Source: Octopus vulgaris (lineage: Eukaryota). From it: a stretch of 64,000 nt of DNA. The translations under genes were made by a program, and so were the position numbers. Shown piece after piece: positions 1 to 11,125 of the stretch; the stretch's first letter is position 1, and each line of letters begins with the position of its first letter. The notes below the pieces were generated by a model. The model was given only the letters and a program-made list of their open reading frames with translations, was not told where the DNA came from and did not search any database. Location of the stretch: NCBI GenBank assembly GCA_951406725.2, contig OX597818.1:3224001-3288000 (forward strand), in the 5' to 3' direction.

Positions 1-360
1 ATTCCACCAAGTAGTGTTCAGCATGTTAAAAGGACCATTTACGGTAAACTTAAACATTACATTTTATAATTATGAGTACAATTATAATTAGGGTTCAGCA
101 AAAATATTTGCTTTGCCACATACCGAGCTTTTAGAAATAGCAGCCAAAGAACTTAGCTATTTCTTCCACTATAAGAAGACTCTCCCAGACAACGTATACT
201 CAAAAACAATTCACGTAGGCATAGAGGAAAAAATAACAAAAATTCACTCGGCATTTGATTACTTGTGGACGCGTTTGTGAGTTAGATCGATATGGAGATG
301 CAAGAATTACATCTTCATTCTACCATTCTCTTCATCAGCACAAAGATTTTAAATAAGAGA

Positions 361-364
<4 letters not shown>

Positions 365-394
<30 letters not shown>
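365..394. repeat. (AT)n microsatellite; similar tracts at ~1173-1238, 3173-3236, 11012-11050, 29734-29860, 40452-40519, 42646-42687, 47314-47350, 50496-50542, 50947-50979, 58557-58631
   Basis: Directly visible dinucleotide runs. Confidence 0.95.
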
Positions 395-396
<2 letters not shown>

Positions 397-957
397 AATG
401 TAGGATAAAATTTTTTCGAAAAAAAAAATTTATCAATGGCCAGCATATTAAAAAATACCTTTAAAGGTTAAATTATAAACAACTTATAAATAAGGGCAAA
501 CGAAAAAATTTTTAATGCCAAATATGCCGAAAAATTGGACATATTGTCCATTTACCATATAATGTTTTTCCTAGTACGCACGCTACTCGATAAAAAGGTC
601 AACAGAAATCTCTAAAAAATTCCATTATTACCATATCGGACCGATTTCAGGGTTAGTTCAAAAAGAACCCTCCCTTCGTCAGTGATACATGTGGCAAAGA
701 AGAAAATGAGATACTTACTCATACCCATGGAAGAAGCAAACACTAAGTCACGAGCACAACTAAGTAGCCCAAATAAATCCAAAATAGAAATACTCCAGCC
801 CATTCAAGACACGTGCGATTTGAATTGAGGCACTCACAGAGTGGGAGAGTCCGGAAGTGAACACTATTAAATTTATATCTAATGTAGAATAAAATTTTTT
901 CGAAAAAAAATGTTATCAATGGCCAGCATATTAAAAAATACCTTTAAAGGTTAAATT
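392..957 (-). mobile_element. Non-coding HHR-bearing repeat: 484-bp unit plus ~80-bp terminal redundancy (PLE pLTR / retrozyme-like)
   Basis: 395-476 recurs at 879-957 (period 484); contains an HHR at 629-687; 745-850 recurs inverted at ~3068-3173. Confidence 0.65.
629..687 (-). ncRNA. Minimal type I hammerhead ribozyme, canonical core
   Basis: Minus strand: UAUCA-CUGACGA-AGGG..GGUUC UUUUU GAACU..CCCU-GAAA-UCGGUCCGA-UA-UGGUA; stems I and II pair, stem III is palindromic, cleavage triplet AUA. Confidence 0.8.
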
Positions 958-1172
958 AACAAAGGACCACTGATGCGGTCACAGGAGTGTGACGAAAGAA
1001 CTCTGGCCGAAATAAGATTAAGATTAATGTAAAAAATAAATAACACTGAAGCAAATATATAGTGCGTGTGTTTTTATTGGCTAAACTGGCAAAATGACCA
1101 TTCCGAAATATAACAATATCTGTTTCAACACACGACTTCACATAAAAAATCTTGCACAACAAATATTTAAAC

Positions 1173-1175
<3 letters not shown>
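958..1175 (+). mobile_element. pLTR fragment of the PLE at 23895-29735, with HHR at 964-1008
   Basis: Near-identical to 29518-29735; encodes the same ORF start MTIPKYNNICF. Confidence 0.9.
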
Positions 1176-1236
<61 letters not shown>

Positions 1237-1242
<6 letters not shown>

Positions 1243-3063
1243 AACAACAACAGCATCAAGCCCACAGTCCAGATAAACGGTTACCTAACGGAGCCGTTTT
1301 CGATCAAGCGTTCAGTTCGTCAAGGGTGTCCCTTGTCCCCGCTCCTGTATGTTTTGGCTCTTGAGCCATTGCTGCGGAAGTTGGAGAAGTTGGGAGGCAA
1401 CCCTAATGAAATCGGATGCGGTAAGTCTGTTTCTGCCTATGCGGATGACGTCACCCTCATCGTGTCCAACGAAGCACAGCTACCTCGTGTAGAAGGTGCT
1501 CTCCGAAGATACGAAGCGGTGGCAGGGGCAAAAGTTAACAAGGACAAGTCCACCAGTTTGCGCTTCGGCACCTGGAGGAACAAGCCGATATCGTCCAGTG
1601 TTGTTGGACACTGGACAGATGGTCCTGTTAAATTGCTCGGAGTTTGGTTTGGTTCAGACTCCCAGACAGAGAAGAATTGGAGCGAGGTAGCGAACAAGGT
1701 AGAAGCTATAGTACGGAAGTGGTCCAGAAGGCATCTTTCCTTGAAAGGGAGGGCGGAGGTGGTACAGGTGTTTATAGCCTCTGTTATCACCTTGCCGTCG
1801 TGCCTTGCTCCGATTCGTGGTTAAGCAAGTTGGAACGACTCCTTTTCCGCTTTTTGTGGAGGGGAGGAAAGCCACTTGTGAGACGCTCCGTGTGTTGCCA
1901 GGAACCGCTAAAGGGTGGGCTGGGGATGCCTTGATTAATGATGCGCAGGCATGCGTTGAGGCTGAGACATCTCTGGTGTCACCTGGAGGGTGATAAGGTG
2001 TGGAATCCGCTGGCAGAGGAATTCTTCCCGCGACCAGCCTCTATGGAGAGATTTAAACCCGGTTTCATTAAAAGACGTAACCTGACTTTATGGCAGGAGT
2101 GCCGACAGGCACTCTGGCTGATCCACAAGGTGGGCAAGGCCGGCAGCGGGAATACCACCTCGGTGTTCTATAGATGGCTGGTAGAGGCAAAAAATGACGA
2201 CGTCCTGGGAGGGGCTCTGGGGTTCGATGAGAATCAACCTGTTTAAGAAGACTTTCAGGCCGGGGTATTTGGACAATTACCAAAAATCCCTGACCTGGCA
2301 GTGCTATAGGAATGCATTACCTGTTCGCGATAAGTTATCCAGGCACGGAATGTCAGTGCCACCGACGTGTCCAAGATGTGGGTTGGACGATGAAGCCGTT
2401 CAACACGCTTTTGTACAATATCGGGAGCTGTCAAGCTTGAAAAGTTACGTTGAACACGTGTAGTCGCATCTGGGACGAGTACAGCTGTCGGCTGGATCTA
2501 TGATAAAGACGATACCGCCAACTGGACTCTCAAAGGAAGGTAAGGTTTGTTTTTACTGTACGGTGGCAGTACTGAAAGAGTGTGTGCGGAGAACCAGAAT
2601 GGAAGGTTTAGTGACAGGGTCCTTTGTCTCTGGCCCCGGTTTGTTAAAATACTTCAGATATCATCGGAAGAGCAAGATGGGGTTGGAGAAGAGGAGCCTG
2701 CCACAGAAAGAGTATGTGAAACGTTGGAAGGATGTGATGAGAAAGGTGGGTGTTAGTAACCCGGCTTAATCATCAAAGAAAGGAAAAATTAGTTGCTGGG
2801 CCTTATAGGCTGCCGGGTTCAAAATTCGGAACCTGCACTTCTCCCCCTTTTCATTTTTATGTTTTCTAATGTTATTTAATAAAAAAAAAAAACGCACTAA
2901 AGTTCTCGTTATAAAGGCAAAAGTAACCCGATGATTCGTTTAAAAGCAAAAGTAAGCCAAGTTTTCGTTTATGTTATATTATAACTAAATTTTAATTTCA
3001 TTCAAACTCTCACAACATTCTTGTTATGTCCAATTCTATGTAAAATCATTTGATTATAATAAA
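1237..3063 (+). mobile_element. 5'-truncated Tx1/L1-clade LINE (RT C-terminal half, CCHC zinc-binding region, 3' UTR), frameshifted
   Basis: VRQGCPLSPLLY, AYADD, CPRC..E..H motifs; AATAAA at ~3058. Confidence 0.9.
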
Positions 3064-3169
3064 GATTCCCTCTTCCACTCTGTGAATGCCTCAGTTCAAA
3101 TCGCACGTGTCTTGAATGAGCTGGAGTATTTCAATTTTGGATTTATTTGGGGTACTTAGTTGTGCTCAT

Positions 3170-3235
<66 letters not shown>

Positions 3236-3237
<2 letters not shown>

Positions 3238-4790
3238 TGGGAGAATTCACGAAAACATCAAAAGATGAAGACAGGTAAATTTTAGCCTTTCGTTTTTTTT
3301 TCTTAATTGTTAAATTAAAATTATTTTCCATTGCTTTCGTTTTTTTTCTTAATTGTTATCCTTAAATTAATTTAACAATTAAGGAAAAAAACGAAAGGCT
3401 AAAACGAAAGCAAAAACTCAAAACAAAAACAAAACGAATACTTTTAGATACACGCGTAACAATTAAATTAATTTAACAATTAAGTAAAAAAAAAAACGAA
3501 AGGCTAAAATTTAGGGTGTGGGTGGTGGTGAGGGTTAGGGTTAGTGACAGGATGTTGTCTCAGTTTTAGACGCAGCAAATGATTTTAGCTCAATAGAGGC
3601 CATCGATTGGTTAAAATTCGAAAAATTAAACTACGTTAAACTTACAAATTACAATTTTCTCAAGAAAGCCAAGAGAAAAAATGTTTTATTTTGACACATT
3701 CTACCAGTATACGAAGTTTAAAAGTGTTTAGTAACTAGAAACTAGAAATTGTGTTGAAAACTGCCGTTCAAAAGGAAAAGATCCGACAGTTGGTGTAGAA
3801 AACAAACAGATGTATTAGTATAACGCTTGGGAATTGAAAAAGTCTTTTACGTTTGGAGCCTAAGCTCTTCCACAGAAAGAAACAAGGAGAGAAAAAATGT
3901 GTGTAGTGGCTACCGATCTATCATGGCGAATGCCGGATAGAAGGGTCACAAAGGAGAGCTAAGAAGTAGGATAACAAAGTAGTATTGATCCCAAAACGAA
4001 GGTGCGCGTGTGTGTAAGAGAGTACATATGTGCGTGTGAAAGAGGGCTGGTGATCTTGACGTATGCGTGTGTGTATGTGTAGGTGTGAAAATGTGGGGAA
4101 AGGATTTGGTCAGTGCTGGTGTGTGTGTGGTGGTGTGTTGTGATGTGATGTGTTGCGTGGTATGGTGTAGTGTGGTGTGATGGTGTTGGGAGGTGGGAAG
4201 GCGAGAGTGGGGAAAGCATAGGTGGGGTGTGGCTTAGGCTGAGGGTTGGGGTAAAGGTGGAGTATGTGGGTAGGCAGAGGGTGGGGTAGAGGTGGATATG
4301 TGGGAAGGCAGAGGTTGGGGGTAGAGATGGGGTATGTGGGAGAGGGTGTAAGGGATGGGAAGGATAGGAATGTGTAGGGGTAGGGTGGGCTTATGGAGGA
4401 GGGTTGACGATGAAGGGGTTGGGGTAGGTGGGTATGAGTGAAGAGAGAAAGAGTAGGGGTGAAGAGAAGTAGGAGTCGGAGCAAGAGAGGAGAGGTGGGA
4501 AGTAGGAGGGAGGAGGAGACAGGCAAGGGGAGGAGAGTTGAGCCCATGTGGCACAAAGGAGCAAAGAGAGAAAATTAATTCCTGTTCACGCTGCAAATGG
4601 GAGTCCAGATGGCCTCTGTGCAAGGACAATCCGAACACGGACAGGTGTTGCGAAGAGTGACCGGTGGAGCGGAAATGGCGTGACCGGGGTGTTATTACCG
4701 AGGCGGATGTCTCGAAGGTGTTCCGCGAACTGGTCAGCCAAGCGGCGTCCCGTTTGTCCGATATACAGAGAATGGCAGAGAGCAGTTGTG
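3236..4790 (-). mobile_element. PLE 3' fragment (GIY-YIG end, low-complexity UTR, degenerate HHR 3844-3879), interrupted by insert 3276-3785
   Basis: LYIGQTGRRLADQFAEH..RLGNNTPV; homologous to 39290-40150. Confidence 0.8.
3276..3785. mobile_element. Unclassified non-coding insertion with internal foldback repeats
   Basis: Splits the PLE 3' end; flanked by gacaggt/gacagtt; ~3277-3317 inverted at ~3468-3511. Confidence 0.5.
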
Positions 4791-4895
4791 TAAGGTAAGA
4801 TATTGGTAGAAAAATATTTATTATGCATACAATATATTAAACAGTAGAATTATTTATTATAATATTATGTTAAGACTTATATGTAATAAGACTAT

Positions 4896-5126
4896 AATAG
4901 AGTGGTTGTATACTGTCAACATAACGTGACAGTCCCGTATGGGAATTACACCACCGCTGTTTAGCCCTAGGAAGCATCAATGCTTCCTGTTGGCCTTGAC
5001 ACATTTCCTGTGTCCGTATATAAATGTGTCAATCCGACAGGAAGCGTCGATGCGTCCTAGGGCTAAACAGCGGTGGTGTAATTCCCTTACTGTCACATTA
5101 AGTTGACAGTATACAACCACTCTATT
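4896..5126. mobile_element. MITE-like long hairpin
   Basis: Imperfect inverted arms of ~110 bp: aatagagtggttgtatactgtcaac ... gttgacagtatacaaccactctatt. Confidence 0.7.
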
Positions 5127-6089
5127 GCCCCACCACCGTACATATCTCTATGAGAGATTTAGAAATTTAATATTTCTGATTATAATAGAATTAGATATTA
5201 ATGTTAATAGTTTATTTGTTAGGTAAAAGTTGGGTGGGGTTGTTATTAATATTGGAGCTAGTGATTATAGGGGTATGTACAAGCAATCTAGTGAGGGAGA
5301 TAAATTAATTCTAGTGAGGGAAATAATAAAATAGTTATATAATTAAATAAATAATTAAATTTGAAAGATACTTATATTACCAAGTGAATATATCGAATGC
5401 TTTCCTCATTTAAAAGAATTTAAAAACAGGTGCTGAGCCAGTGACTAAATTTGTAGTATTTTGTTGGGATTAATCCAAAGAATTGACAGCAAAATAATTG
5501 CTTCTATCAGAATTGTTTACCTTTAAAGCGAAAAAACAAAACCGACATATACAACAGGTATGTCAAATATATTTTGTGTACTTCTTTCTCTGTTCATTTG
5601 GATAAGCTGTAGAAATTGTTGCGCGTGTGCACCCACAATACAAAAGTTTTCCGGGCATTTAGCTGTTATTTTTAGCATATCAAGTTTCGTAGTGAGGGCT
5701 TCACATGTCATGGTCCTTTTGTTCTTTCACTATAAACTTACGCATGTGGAAATGGACAAAACAGCCGTTCCTTTTCACTTTTAGACAGTGGGACGGGGTG
5801 TGGATCAATTTTGGAGTTATTCATAAAAGATTTGAAATTAAAATTTGTTTTTCCTCCATATTCTTAATCTCTGTATTTTTTCACGTAGATTGAAAAAAAA
5901 AAAAATTCGAAAAGAATGAAGAATTAAAAATTTGGCAGGGTAGGGGAATTAAAAAATTTTAAAACTTGATTTTTTGCATATTCGGAATCTCCATCATTGA
6001 AAACATAGGAATCTGGTGAAAAAAGGAAAAAAAATCAGAAAGGTCAGTTTAGGGGGGAATATCCAACGTACAAAAGACGCAAACTGGGT

Positions 6090-8560
6090 GACGGTGGATT
6101 CCATTTCACTCTTTGACCACAGCAAAGTCTAGTCATCGTAGACGACAGATGGATCACCCCATATAGTCCTCTATTGCTACGAGTTTTCAAGGCACACATT
6201 TACGTGGAATTTTGCAATTCTGTTCACTCCATCAAGTATGTATGCAAATATGTAAATAAAGGGTTTGGCATGGCTGTGTTTGGCCTTTCAGATGCTGATA
6301 GGGCCAATGAGGTACACCAGAAGCTGCTTGGAGACTCCTTCATTTCTCCATCCATGACAGATATCCCACAGTTGTCCACCTCTCTGTTTATTTAGAAAAT
6401 TGCCAATTTTGATCCACAGAATCCCAAAATAGTTAAAGGACAAATATACGCACCACAGGTGACGACACTCACAACATTCTTTGACCTGTGTTGATGTGAC
6501 ACATTCGCCGCGACAATCTTCTACCCAGACGTACCGAAGTATTATACCTGGAATAACCATGTGAAGAAGTGGAAGAGGAGAAAGCTTGGTGTGTCACCAT
6601 CGAAGGGCATCCACACAAAAAAAAGTGATGCTCTAGGTTGAGTTTATACGGTTCGCCCCCAAAACTTTGAATGCTACTGTCTCCAGATGCTCTTCCACAA
6701 AGTTCTTGAACCAATGTCATTCAAAGATCTTAAAATAGTGAACTCCTTCATTTGTGAAACATTTCGACAAGTACCAACTATGAGGTCTTCTCGAAGATGG
6801 CAGTCACTTTCTGGCACAGTAACTGCATGTGAAGCTAACCAACTAAGAAGCCTTTTCGCCATCATGTTGTACCATTGCGATTTACCGAATCCGCTACAAA
6901 TTTGGGGAAACCACAAAGACAGCCTATCTAATGACATCCTTCATGAAGCTCGATGGTTGCATGGGTCAAATGTCTCCTACTTAGATGTTATATACACTGA
7001 AGCATTACGGAATTTAGAAGACATGCTTAATTCCATTGGGGCAAAAGCTTATCTGACTATGGGATTCCAACACCTTCAGCTGAACATCACAGCCTTTCAA
7101 GAGAATTCATTCGATAAAGAGCATACGACTTGGATGCCCTGAAAAGGCAGCTTGATGAAAGTGAACTGTTATTACAAGCTAAGCAAAAGTGTGTTTACAA
7201 TGAAATAGTAGTGTCTACCTTGCAAGAAGGACGTCTTTTCTTCATTGATCCACCAGGAGGAATAGGGAAAACGTTTCTACTTAACCTACTTCTGGTAACA
7301 ATAAGGCAGATGGGAAACATAGCGATTGTAGTCGCATCATCAGAGATAGCAGCAACTTTGTTAACAGGTGAACGAACAGTTCACTCAACGTTCAAATTAC
7401 CTTTTAATTTGATTTCAACAGGTGCCCAAATGTGCAATATTTCAAAATGATCACTGATGGTGGAAGTTCTGCTCCAAACTACACTTATTGTCTGGGATGA
7501 ATGCACGTTGGCACACAGTGGTGCATTAAAAGCCCGAGATAGGTCACTAAGGGATATTAGAAACCATACTGCCATTATGGAGTTATCATTATCCTCATTG
7601 TTCGACCGTGGTCGAGACAATGGAATTTACCATGCTACGCCAGACTTCACGGTCCATCGGGGGGGGGGGGTATGCAGGGGATTTCCTTCAAATATTACCA
7701 GTCATACCACGGGGTACATGAACTGATGAGATCTATGCATGTCTGAAGTCTTCACCTCTGTGGAGGTTTGTTTGTCAGCTTTCATTAAGCAAGAAAATGC
7801 GAGCTCATCTCTTAGCTGAGGATTTCTCTCATCAACTTCTACAAATTGGAAATAGTGCCTTATCATTGAATAACACCCTGCAGCAGCATGTACTGCAATG
7901 TGGGCACATGGTGTCTACATTGACTGAGATTAAGGAAAATGTATTTCCCACACTGCCAGACAACTTCAAAAACATAGCATGGTTCGCAGAGAGAGCTATT
8001 TAACATCTCGGAATGAAAGTGTTGATAAAGTAAACCATGAACACCTTGAACTCCTTCACATTCCACCTGGAGATGCTTCGATGTTTGTCTCCATTGATGT
8101 TACCATGGACGAACATGCTGCTGTTAAGTATCAAGCTGAATTTCTCAACTCTCTACAACCCACAGGACTGCCAACACATAAGTTGTTCTTAAAGAAGGAT
8201 GCACCTATCATGCTCTTGAGGAATTTAGACCTACCATGACTATGCAAGGTACAAGATTGATTGTAACAACGACAAGCCATTCCTAGAAGCAACCATTACT
8301 GCTGGTTGCCATCAAGGAGAGATTGCATACATTCCACGCATGTCCCTTATTTTCTCAAATGTGCCATTTCATTTCAAGTGCCTCCAGTTCCCAGTGCGAT
8401 TGTGCTTTGGGTCAAACTTGAAAAACTGTGGTTCTCAATTTACAACTATCCTGCTTTTCTTATGGACAACTATATGTTACATGCTCTCAAGTTAGAAGTG
8501 CAGATGACTTGTATATTTATTCTACCAACACTAGACTTACATAAAACATAGTTTACCCAG
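6090..8560 (+). mobile_element. Decayed Helitron Rep/PIF1 helicase region
   Basis: VEFCNSVHSIKYVCKYVNKG, Walker A DPPGGIGKTF, IVWDEC, PIMLLRNLD; many stops and frameshifts. Confidence 0.9.
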
Positions 8561-9233
8561 AAGCATTGTTGGCTTCACTTAACATATATTGAAGTGTGCA
8601 GTTTGCCCAAACATTACAGAGATGGTGCTTTTCACAATGAAGCATCTTTCTTTCTATGTACCTTACTTTCTGCAATATGGATACCTCTATGTTCTCAGTC
8701 ATCATCCAATTCTTTACATCCATAAGTCTAGGTCATTTTGGGAGCAATTTTAGGAATTCTTTCTAATCTAAGCTGCTATTCTATGTTTTTGGTGACAATT
8801 TCCCTCATTCCTCCTCCCTTGCTCACGTGACTCCCACGTGACCATCAGCCATCTTTCTTTCTTCTCTTAACTTGTGCTTCTTTCTTTCTCTCCGTTGTAG
8901 CTGGAACAAAGAAGACGTGTTTTTGTCTGTCTCCTGTCCAAGCTTGATTTACGTGTTCACCAGCACAACCTGATTTAGGCTTAGCAGCCCTTTCTGTTTG
9001 TTTTCACGGTCCTGTTTGTGTTACCAATTTCGATCCTCTGCAAAATCCCAAATTTTATTTAATTTGCTTTGCGGGAGCAACTGTTTTATCGAAAGCGTAT
9101 ATTGTTGTTAAATGCTCAAAATACGAGAGTAGAAAAACGGTCAACAACTGTTGAAGGGTCTTTCTTTATGTTGTTTGTCTTGTTTTCCATTGTGTTTTCG
9201 CTGTTCAAAAAATAGTTCATATTTCATGTACTC

Positions 9234-9848
9234 ATCATCATCATCATCATCGTTTAGTGTCCGCTTTCCATGCTAGCATGGGTTGGACGGTTCAACTGGG
9301 GTCTGGGAAGCCAGAAGGCTGCACCAGGCCCAGTCTGATCTGGCAATGTTACTACGGCTGGATGCCCTTCCTAATGCCAACCACTCCGTGAGTGTAGTGG
9401 GTGCTTTTTAGGTGCCACCGGCACAGGTGCCAGACGAGGCTGGCAACAGCTACAATCGGATGGTGCTTTTTACGTGCTACCGGCACGGAGGCCAGTCGGT
9501 GCGGCGCTGGCAACGGCCACGTTCGGATTGTTCTCTTACGTACCACCGGCACTGGTATCACAGCTGCAATTTCCATTGATGTTGATTGATTTCGATTTGG
9601 ATCTTGGATTTTCACTTGCCTCAACAGGTCTTCACAAGTAGGAAAGATATGCATAAGTGGACTCGCTACATCCCAGGTAGAGGCCACGGGTTATGGTCTC
9701 ACTTGTCCTGCCGGGTCTTCTCACGCACAGCATACTTCCAAAGGTCTCGGTCTCTAGTCATTTCCTCGGTGAGACCTAAAGTTCGAAGGTCGTGCTTCAC
9801 CACCTTGTCCCAGGTTTTCCTGGGTCTGCCTCTTCCACAGGTTCCCTG
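9234..9848 (-). mobile_element. RTE-clade LINE 3' fragment with (ATG)n tail
   Basis: GRGRPRKTWDKVVKHDLR; 3' UTR matches 58000-58557. Confidence 0.9.
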
Positions 9849-11009
9849 AACCGCTAGGGCAAAGTTCAGAGAGCTCTTACCTCTGCTGGTGACAAAAGGC
9901 CTCTCGCTCAGAGTAAAAGGCAGACTGTATGACGCATGTGTACGAACAGCCATGCTACATGGCAGTGAAACATGGGCCGTGACTGCTGAGGATATGCGTA
10001 AGTTCATGAGGAATGAAGCCAGTATGCTCCTATGGATGTGTAATGTCAGTGTACTTACTCGACAGAGCGTTAGTTCCTTGAGAGAAATGTTGTACCTAAG
10101 AAGCATCAGTTGTGGTGTGCAAGAGAGACGATTGCGCTGGTACGGTCATGTGGCGAGAATGGATGAAGATAGGTGTGTGAGAAAGTGCCAATCCCTAGCA
10201 GTTGAGGGAACCCGTGGAAGAGATAGACCCAGGAAAACCTGGGACGAGGTGGTGAAGCACGACCTTCGAACTTTAGGTCTCACCATGGAAATTACTAGAG
10301 ACCGAGACCTATGGAAGTATGTTGTGCGTGAGAAGACCCGGCAAGACTAGTGAAGCCATAACCCGTGGCCCTTACCTGGGACGTAGTCAGTCCACCTGTG
10401 CATACCTTCCTTCTTGTGACACTTGTGAAGACCTGTTGAGGCAAGTGAAAATCAAATCAAATCAAATCAAACCAAATCAAAATAGATGAACATCAATGGA
10501 ATTTGTATCCTTGTGGTACCAGTGCCGGTGGCACATAAGAAAACCATCCGAACGTGACCGTAGCCAGTACCGCATCGACTGGCCTCCGTGCTGAGGGCAC
10601 GTAACAAACACCATCCGAGCGTGGCCGTCTGGCACCTGTGTCGGTGGCACATAAAAAACACCATCCGAGCGTGGCCGTCTGCCAGCCTCGTCTGGCACCT
10701 GTGTCGGTGGCACATAAAAAACACCATCCGAGCGTGGCCGTCTGCCAGCCTCGTCTGGCACCTGTGTCGGTGGCACATAAGAAAACACCATCCGAGCGTG
10801 GCCGTCTGCCAGCCTCGTCTGGCACCTGTGTCGGTGGCACATAAAATCACCCACTACACTCTCGGAGTGGTTGGCGTTAGGAAGGACATCCAGCTGTAGA
10901 AACACTGCCAGATCTGACTGGCCTGGTGCAGCCTTCGGGCTTGCCAGACCCCAGTTGAACCGTCGAACCCATGCTAGCATGGAAAGCGGACGTTAAACGA
11001 TGATGATGA

Positions 11010-11012
<3 letters not shown>
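9849..11012 (+). mobile_element. RTE-clade LINE 3' fragment with expanded 3' UTR tandem repeat and (ATG)n tail
   Basis: LHGSETWAVT, RLRWYGHVARM; ~62-bp repeats at ~10595-10845. Confidence 0.9.
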
Positions 11013-11053
<41 letters not shown>

Positions 11054-11125
11054 GTAAACAGAGTTAGTGGTTAGAATAACCGTCTCAGGGATAAGAATAT
11101 CCATTCTTACTACCGGTATCATTTA

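Noticed and set aside
745-3173. Inverted repeats (745-850 / ~3068-3173) as TIRs of a composite transposon around the Tx1 fragment
   Set aside because: They are internal pieces of the HHR repeat family, diverged, with no TSD
3531-3544. Telomeric TTAGGG repeat
   Set aside because: Only about two units, inside a repeat element
3959-4638. Pro/His/Thr-rich ORFs, and similar hydrophobic or YI-repeat ORFs at 22007-22485, 26674-27562 and 58395-58634
   Set aside because: Translations of low-complexity or antisense TE sequence, not genes
9104-9148. Possible further HHR (GUUGUU..GAAAAACGGUC-AACAAC)
   Set aside because: Stem I and the GUC are present but there is no recognisable CUGAnGA core; not counted
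10595-10845. Regularly spaced repeats resembling a CRISPR array
   Set aside because: Units are tandem with no unique spacers, lie in an RTE 3' UTR, and there are no cas genes
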